DNA of 48,736 nucleotides from Chlamydiae bacterium SM23_39 (GTDB lineage Bacteria; Chlamydiota; Chlamydiia; Chlamydiales; SM23-39): NCBI GenBank assembly GCA_001303765.1, contig LJUH01000002.1, positions 1 to 48,736 of the forward strand, read 5' to 3'. Shown piece by piece: positions 43,966 to 48,736 of this stretch (position 1 is its first letter; each line of letters starts with the position of its first letter). The notes under the pieces were generated by a model. It saw only the letters and a program-made list of their open reading frames with translations, ran no database searches and was not told where the DNA came from. The position numbers and the translations under genes were made by a program.

Positions 43966-44904
43966 ATGGAAAAAGTATTAATAGCGCTTGGAGGTAATGC
44001 TCTTTTAAGAGCGGAGGATAAAGGAACTTATGAAGATCAGATCAAACATGTCAAAGAAACTGCTTCACAGTTTTTGAAAATAATAGAAGCAGGGTATCAA
44101 TTAGCAATAACGCATGGTAATGGTCCACAAGTTGGAGCTATTTTATTGCAAAATGAGATAGCTAAAGATCAAATACCCTCGATGCCTTTAGATATTTGTG
44201 GAGCTGAAAGTCAGGGTCTTATTGGCTATATGCTGCAAAGAGAGTTTTATAATGTGTTGGAAGAGGTAAAATTGGGTATATCTATTGTAGCGCTTTTAAC
44301 GCAAGTTTTAGTTAATAAAAATGATCCAGCTTTTGAAAATCCAACCAAACCTATTGGTCCTTTTTATTCTGAGGAGGAAAAAATCAAATTAGAAAAAGAG
44401 AAAAAATGGAAGATGATCTATCAAGAAAATAAGGGATATAGAAGAGTTGTTCCCTCTCCTATTCCTATTGATATTGTTGAGGGAGAGATAATTAAAGAAC
44501 TTTATGATAATAAGGTGATTGTTATCTCTTGTGGAGGAGGAGGAATACCGGTTATTAGAAGAGATGATGGTTCTTTGATGGGAGTGGAAGCAGTGATAGA
44601 TAAAGATAATACTGGAGCTGTTTTAGCAAAAAAGATAGGAGCTGATACATTTATGATTTTAACAGATGTAGAAAAGGTGTATTTAAATTTTGGTAAAAAA
44701 AATCAGAAAGAGTTAAATAAGATAACTGTTGCTGAAGCTAAAAAATATATAGAAGAGGAAGAGTTTGGAACAGGAAGTATGAAACCAAAAGTTGAAGCAG
44801 CATGTAGATTTTTAGAACAGGGAGGGAAAAAAGTTATAATAACAGCATTAGAAAAAAGTGTTAATGCTCTTCGTGGTTTAACGGGAACAGTTATAACATT
44901 ATAA
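43966..44904 (+). CDS. arcC: Carbamate kinase
   Basis: 312 aa. VLIALGGNALL and THGNGPQVG signatures. Confidence 0.9.
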   Translation: MEKVLIALGGNALLRAEDKGTYEDQIKHVKETASQFLKIIEAGYQLAITHGNGPQVGAILLQNEIAKDQIPSMPLDICGAESQGLIGYMLQREFYNVLEEVKLGISIVALLTQVLVNKNDPAFENPTKPIGPFYSEEEKIKLEKEKKWKMIYQENKGYRRVVPSPIPIDIVEGEIIKELYDNKVIVISCGGGGIPVIRRDDGSLMGVEAVIDKDNTGAVLAKKIGADTFMILTDVEKVYLNFGKKNQKELNKITVAEAKKYIEEEEFGTGSMKPKVEAACRFLEQGGKKVIITALEKSVNALRGLTGTVITL

Positions 44905-44918
44905 TTTTAGGAGAAAAA

Positions 44919-45914
44919 ATGGCAATTAATTTAAAAGGAAGAGATTTTTTAAAATTAAAAGATTTTACTAAAGAAGAGATAGAATACCTTTTAAAATTAT
45001 CTAAAGATTTTAAAAACAAGAAGAGATGTGGAATAGAAGGCGATTCTTTAAAAGGTAAAAATATTGTTTTGTTATTTGAAAAAGCTTCTACAAGAACTAG
45101 ATGTGCTTTTGAAGTAGCTGCATTTGATGAGGGGGCAAATGTCACTTTCCTATCTCAAAGTCAGATGGGTAAAAAGGAATCAATTGAAGATACAGCGCAA
45201 GTTTTATCTAGGATGTATGATGGGATAGAATTTAGAGGATTTAAACAGGAAACAATAGAAGAGTTAGCTTCTCATTCTTGTGTTCCTGTATGGAATGGAC
45301 TTACAGATGAATTTCATCCTACTCAGATATTAGCTGATTTTTTAACCGTAGCGGAACATGTAGATAAACCTTTTCATAAAGTTAAATTAGTATTCGTTGG
45401 AGATGCTAGAAATAATATGGGTAATTCTTTAATGGTTGGATCTGCTAAATTGGGAGTCCATTTTGTTGCTTTAGCTCCTAAAATGCTTTTCCCTAATGAT
45501 AAATTAGTAAAAGAGATGGAAATAGAAGCTAAAAAAACAGGAGGAAGAATAGAGCTTTTAGAAGATATAGAAAAAGCTGTTAAAGATGCTGATGTTATTT
45601 ATACTGATGTATGGGTTTCTATGGGAGAAGAGGAAAAATTTGCAGAGAGGATAAAACTTTTAAAAAAATATCAAGTTAATATGAGCATGATAGACAAAAG
45701 TAAAAATAAAAAAGTTGTTTTTATGCATTGTCTACCTTCTTTTCATGATATTAAGACTGAAGTAGGTAAAAAGATATATGATCAATATGGTCTTAAAGAG
45801 ATGGAGGTTACTGATGAGGTTTTTAAAAGTTCTCATAGTGTTGTTTTTGATCAAGCAGAGAATAGATTGCATACTATAAAAGCTGTTATGTCAGCGACGA
45901 TAGGAGATCTGTAA
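44919..45914 (+). CDS. arcB: Ornithine carbamoyltransferase (catabolic, judged by context)
   Basis: 331 aa. STRTR, HPTQ and HCLP motifs. Follows arcA-arcC. Confidence 0.9.
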   Translation: MAINLKGRDFLKLKDFTKEEIEYLLKLSKDFKNKKRCGIEGDSLKGKNIVLLFEKASTRTRCAFEVAAFDEGANVTFLSQSQMGKKESIEDTAQVLSRMYDGIEFRGFKQETIEELASHSCVPVWNGLTDEFHPTQILADFLTVAEHVDKPFHKVKLVFVGDARNNMGNSLMVGSAKLGVHFVALAPKMLFPNDKLVKEMEIEAKKTGGRIELLEDIEKAVKDADVIYTDVWVSMGEEEKFAERIKLLKKYQVNMSMIDKSKNKKVVFMHCLPSFHDIKTEVGKKIYDQYGLKEMEVTDEVFKSSHSVVFDQAENRLHTIKAVMSATIGDL

Positions 45915-45916
45915 AT

Positions 45917-47110
45917 TTAAAGATTGGATAAAAGATAGCTTTGTAATCCTTCTGCTTTTATATTATCGGAAAGAACAAAAGATTTTATTCCTGGATAGAT
46001 TAGAGTTAAATTATCTAATTTTAAATCTTGCATAGCAATAGACATAGATTTGGTTAAATTAGGGGAATCTGTATATTTAAATTCAAAACCTAATTTTTTA
46101 TTATTTTTAAAAATTATTAAATCTAATTCTGCATGGCTGTGTGTTGCCCAAAAATAACAATCGAAATTATCAGCTCTGTGATATCGAATGATTTCTTCTA
46201 ATGCAAATCCTTCCCATGATGTTCCTAATTTTGGATTTGTTAATAAAGAAGATCTATTGGTTGCTCCTAATAATAAATGAAATATACCACTATCTCGAAA
46301 ATATATTTTAGGAGATTTTACCTGTCTTTTAGATATATTTTCATACCAGGGTTGTAGTTTGCGTATCATAAAAGTGTTTATAAGAATATCTGTGTAGTTT
46401 TGAATAGTTTTATATGAAAGTTGTAAAGAATTACCTATTTCAGAAGCGTTAAAAATATTACCGTGGTAATGGGTTAACATCATCCAAAATCTACGTAGTT
46501 GTGGAGAGGGAATTTGGAACCCAAAATTAGGAATATCCTGTTCTATAAATGTTTTAATATAAGATTTTCTCCAAATGCTACTTTCATCATCACTATTAGC
46601 TAAAAAAGAAGGAGGAAAACCTCCTCTAAACCATAATTTTTCCATCTCTTTTGTTTCCTCGTATGAAAAGGGAGTGAGTTCGATATAAAAAATTCTTCCA
46701 GCTAGAGATTCTGAGGATTGTTTTAATAGTTTTTTAGAAGAACTACCCAATATTAAAAATTTTTTGTTATTATTGGGTTGATCTACAAGGACTCTCAATG
46801 TTTGAAATAGGTCAGGTCTTCTTTGCACCTCGTCGATTATTATTAATCCATTTAAAAGAGATAAAGTAGTTTGAGGTAATTTTAGCCTTTCTAAATCATT
46901 TAAGTCTTCGAGATCAAAGTAATTTTCTTTTGGGAAATTTTTTGTATCATTGGAAAACATTTTTGCTAGAGTTGTTTTTCCACATTGTCTTGGACCTAAA
47001 ATAGCTACAATAGGATGTATTGTAAAAGCTTTAGCTATTTCTTTAAGAAAAAGTTTTCTTTTTTTCATTATTTCTAATCTTAGTTTTTTGGAAGAAAAAT
47101 TTTTTGTCAA
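45917..47110 (-). CDS. AAA+ ATPase with a DUF4143-type C-terminal domain (COG1373-like)
   Basis: 397 aa. Walker A ILGPRQCGKTTLA, Walker B LIIIDEVQ. The C-terminal region is typical of this family. Convergent with arcB, with a 2-nt gap. Confidence 0.8.
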   Translation of the reverse strand: MTKNFSSKKLRLEIMKKRKLFLKEIAKAFTIHPIVAILGPRQCGKTTLAKMFSNDTKNFPKENYFDLEDLNDLERLKLPQTTLSLLNGLIIIDEVQRRPDLFQTLRVLVDQPNNNKKFLILGSSSKKLLKQSSESLAGRIFYIELTPFSYEETKEMEKLWFRGGFPPSFLANSDDESSIWRKSYIKTFIEQDIPNFGFQIPSPQLRRFWMMLTHYHGNIFNASEIGNSLQLSYKTIQNYTDILINTFMIRKLQPWYENISKRQVKSPKIYFRDSGIFHLLLGATNRSSLLTNPKLGTSWEGFALEEIIRYHRADNFDCYFWATHSHAELDLIIFKNNKKLGFEFKYTDSPNLTKSMSIAMQDLKLDNLTLIYPGIKSFVLSDNIKAEGLQSYLLSNL

Positions 47111-47290
47111 TTAAATTTTGTTCGAAAATTAGAGTTTCTAATTCTATTTTTCAATAAAACATTGAAAAAATACCATTGCAAGTAGCAGATTGTTAATAGC
47201 TAATTGATTTGTTAAATTCTGAACAAAATTCAAAAAACTTTTTTATAAAGATTTTGTATTGCTTCTAAAACATTGAAAATTTTTACTATT

Positions 47291-48736
47291 TCATATTATT
47301 ATGCAGCTTCCTTCTAAATATTTTTTTTCAATTTCTCTTGCCTTTTTAAAATTTCCTGTTTTTTTACATGCTTTTGCAATGTATGCAAATGCATCAGATT
47401 TATCTTTTTCATCAGAAATCTTTTCTGCCATCTCTAATGCTTTTTCTATCTTTCCTTTTTCTGTATATGCTTTTGCAATATATGCAAATGCCCAAGATTT
47501 ATTTATTATTTCTTTTTCAGAAATCTTTTCTGCTATTTCTAATGCTTTTGTAAAATCTCCTTTTTCTGCATATGCCTTTGCAATTTCTTTAAATGCATAA
47601 GATTTATTTGTTTCCTCAGAAATCTTTCCTGCTATTTTCAATGCTTTTTCTATCTTTCCTTTTTCTGCGTATGCTTTTGCAATATATGCAAATGCATAAG
47701 ATTTATTTATTATTTCTTTTTCGGAAATCTTTTCTGCTATCTCTAATGCTTTTATAAAATCTCCTTTTTTTGCATATGCTTTTGCAATATATGCAAATGC
47801 CAAAAATTTATTTGTTTCATTAGAAATCTTTTCTGTTATTTCTAATGCTTTTGTAAAATCTCCTTTTTTTGCATATGCTTTTGCAATTTCTGCAAATACC
47901 CAAAATTTATTTGTTTCATTAGAAATCTTTTCTGTTATTTCTAATGCTTTTGTAAAATCTCTTTTTTTTGCATATGCTTTTGCAATATGTGCAAATGCCC
48001 TAGATTTACTTGTTTCATTAGAAATCTCTTCTGCTATTTCTAATGCTTTTTCTATCTTTCCTTTTTCTGCATATGCTTTTGCAATTTCTGCGAATGCATA
48101 AGATTTACTTGTTTCATTAGAAATCTTTTTTGCTATTTCTAATGCTTTTGTAAAATCTTCTTTTTCTGCATATGCTTTTGCAATTTCTTTAAATGCATAA
48201 GATTTACTTGTTTCATTAGAAATCTCTTCTGCTATTTCTAATGCTTTTGTAAAATCTCCTTTTTTTACATATGCTTTTCCAATTGATTTAAAAGCTAAAG
48301 ATTTATAATGATTATCAGTAATTTTTTCTGCTGTTTCTTCTGCTTTTTCAAAAATTTTTTCTTTCAAATAAGCCTTTACTATTTTTTCATATACTAAAAA
48401 TTTATACTCTTCAATTTCAGAAAATTCTTTTGTCATTTCTTCTGCTTTTTCAAAATATCCATGTTTTAAAAGCATTTTAAATTTTTGTAATTTATCAAAT
48501 ATTCTAATCTTAGATTCACATATTCTAATCTTAGATTCACATTTTTTAAGTTGTTTTCCTAAAACATCGTTTAGATCTTTTTTTATTTTTTCTTTCTCAA
48601 GTAAGATCTTTTTTACTTTTTCTAATCTTTTTTTATTCTCTTCTAAAAAAATTTCATTTGTCTTTATTTTTTCTTCTAAATTATTTTTTTGTTCTACATC
48701 TTTTTTAAATTCTATCTCTTTTTCTTTTAATAATTT
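47291..48736 (-). CDS. TPR-like 33-aa repeat protein with an N-terminal coiled coil. The 5' end lies beyond the window.
   Basis: The frame containing the ORF-track M at 48475 stays open upstream to the window edge (KLLKEKEIEFKKDVEQKNNLEEKIK...CESKIRICESKIRIFDKLQKFK-MLLKH). The ATG at 48475 is therefore probably internal. Confidence 0.7.
   Translation of the reverse strand, partial: KLLKEKEIEFKKDVEQKNNLEEKIKTNEIFLEENKKRLEKVKKILLEKEKIKKDLNDVLGKQLKKCESKIRICESKIRIFDKLQKFKMLLKHGYFEKAEEMTKEFSEIEEYKFLVYEKIVKAYLKEKIFEKAEETAEKITDNHYKSLAFKSIGKAYVKKGDFTKALEIAEEISNETSKSYAFKEIAKAYAEKEDFTKALEIAKKISNETSKSYAFAEIAKAYAEKGKIEKALEIAEEISNETSKSRAFAHIAKAYAKKRDFTKALEITEKISNETNKFWVFAEIAKAYAKKGDFTKALEITEKISNETNKFLAFAYIAKAYAKKGDFIKALEIAEKISEKEIINKSYAFAYIAKAYAEKGKIEKALKIAGKISEETNKSYAFKEIAKAYAEKGDFTKALEIAEKISEKEIINKSWAFAYIAKAYTEKGKIEKALEMAEKISDEKDKSDAFAYIAKACKKTGNFKKAREIEKKYLEGSCIII
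47321..48403 (-). repeat. About 10-11 tandem 99-bp (33-aa, two of them 35-aa) coding repeats
   Basis: Units of the form KSYAF(K/A)(E/Y)IAKAYAEKGDFTKALEIAEKISNETS, with high nucleotide identity between copies. Confidence 0.9.
48500..48541 (-). repeat. Perfect 21-bp in-frame tandem duplication (CESKIRI x2)
   Basis: tattctaatcttagattcaca occurs twice back to back. Confidence 0.9.

Noticed and set aside
47321-48403. Regularly spaced approx 99-bp repeats that could superficially suggest a CRISPR-like or satellite array.
   Set aside because: There are no unique spacers between repeats. The whole array is one continuous open reading frame with a protein-level 33-aa periodicity.

Overview
Very AT-rich bacterial chromosome segment. 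I assign it to an environmental (non-Chlamydiaceae) member of the Chlamydiota. All homology calls come from motif recognition and from remembered Chlamydia trachomatis gene order; no searches were run.

Evidence for the assignment:
- An 11-gene minus-strand type III secretion (T3SS) block reproduces the C. trachomatis CT663-CT673 order: Scc4-like chaperone, SctD with two FHA domains, CdsE, SctF needle, CdsG, a CT668-like gene, SctN ATPase, SctO, SctP, SctQ, Pkn5 kinase.
- clpX-clpP-tig and SWIM/SNF2 helicase-mreB blocks match CT705-CT709.
- MreB carries the long N-terminal extension typical of chlamydiae.

These conserved blocks are interrupted by accessory DNA:
1. An F-box-like gene with a C-terminal Inc-like bilobed hydrophobic anchor, inserted between sctO and sctP.
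2. A tightly packed seven-gene orphan operon (13068..18208), divergent from the chaperone/sctD genes. It encodes a helical protein with an SctF-like C-terminus followed by three proteins with long hydrophobic blocks. I read it as a candidate tip/filament plus translocon (or Inc-like) module, and it is my best candidate for an undescribed system.
3. A roughly 7.3-kb insertion next to tRNA-Gly(GCC). It holds a BclA-type collagen-like protein, a passenger-less inverse-autotransporter-like beta-barrel, a decayed GT2-TPR glycosyltransferase pseudogene and two large K/E-rich coiled-coil proteins with F-box-like N-termini.
4. A decayed NYN-nuclease cassette flanked by 82-bp direct repeats.
5. A seven-gene racemase / two APC permeases / arcA-arcC-arcB arginine deiminase operon.

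The window ends carry further members of an F-box / TPR-like repeat effector family, including a 33-aa x ~10 repeat array. No CRISPR array, transposase, integrase or rRNA was seen.
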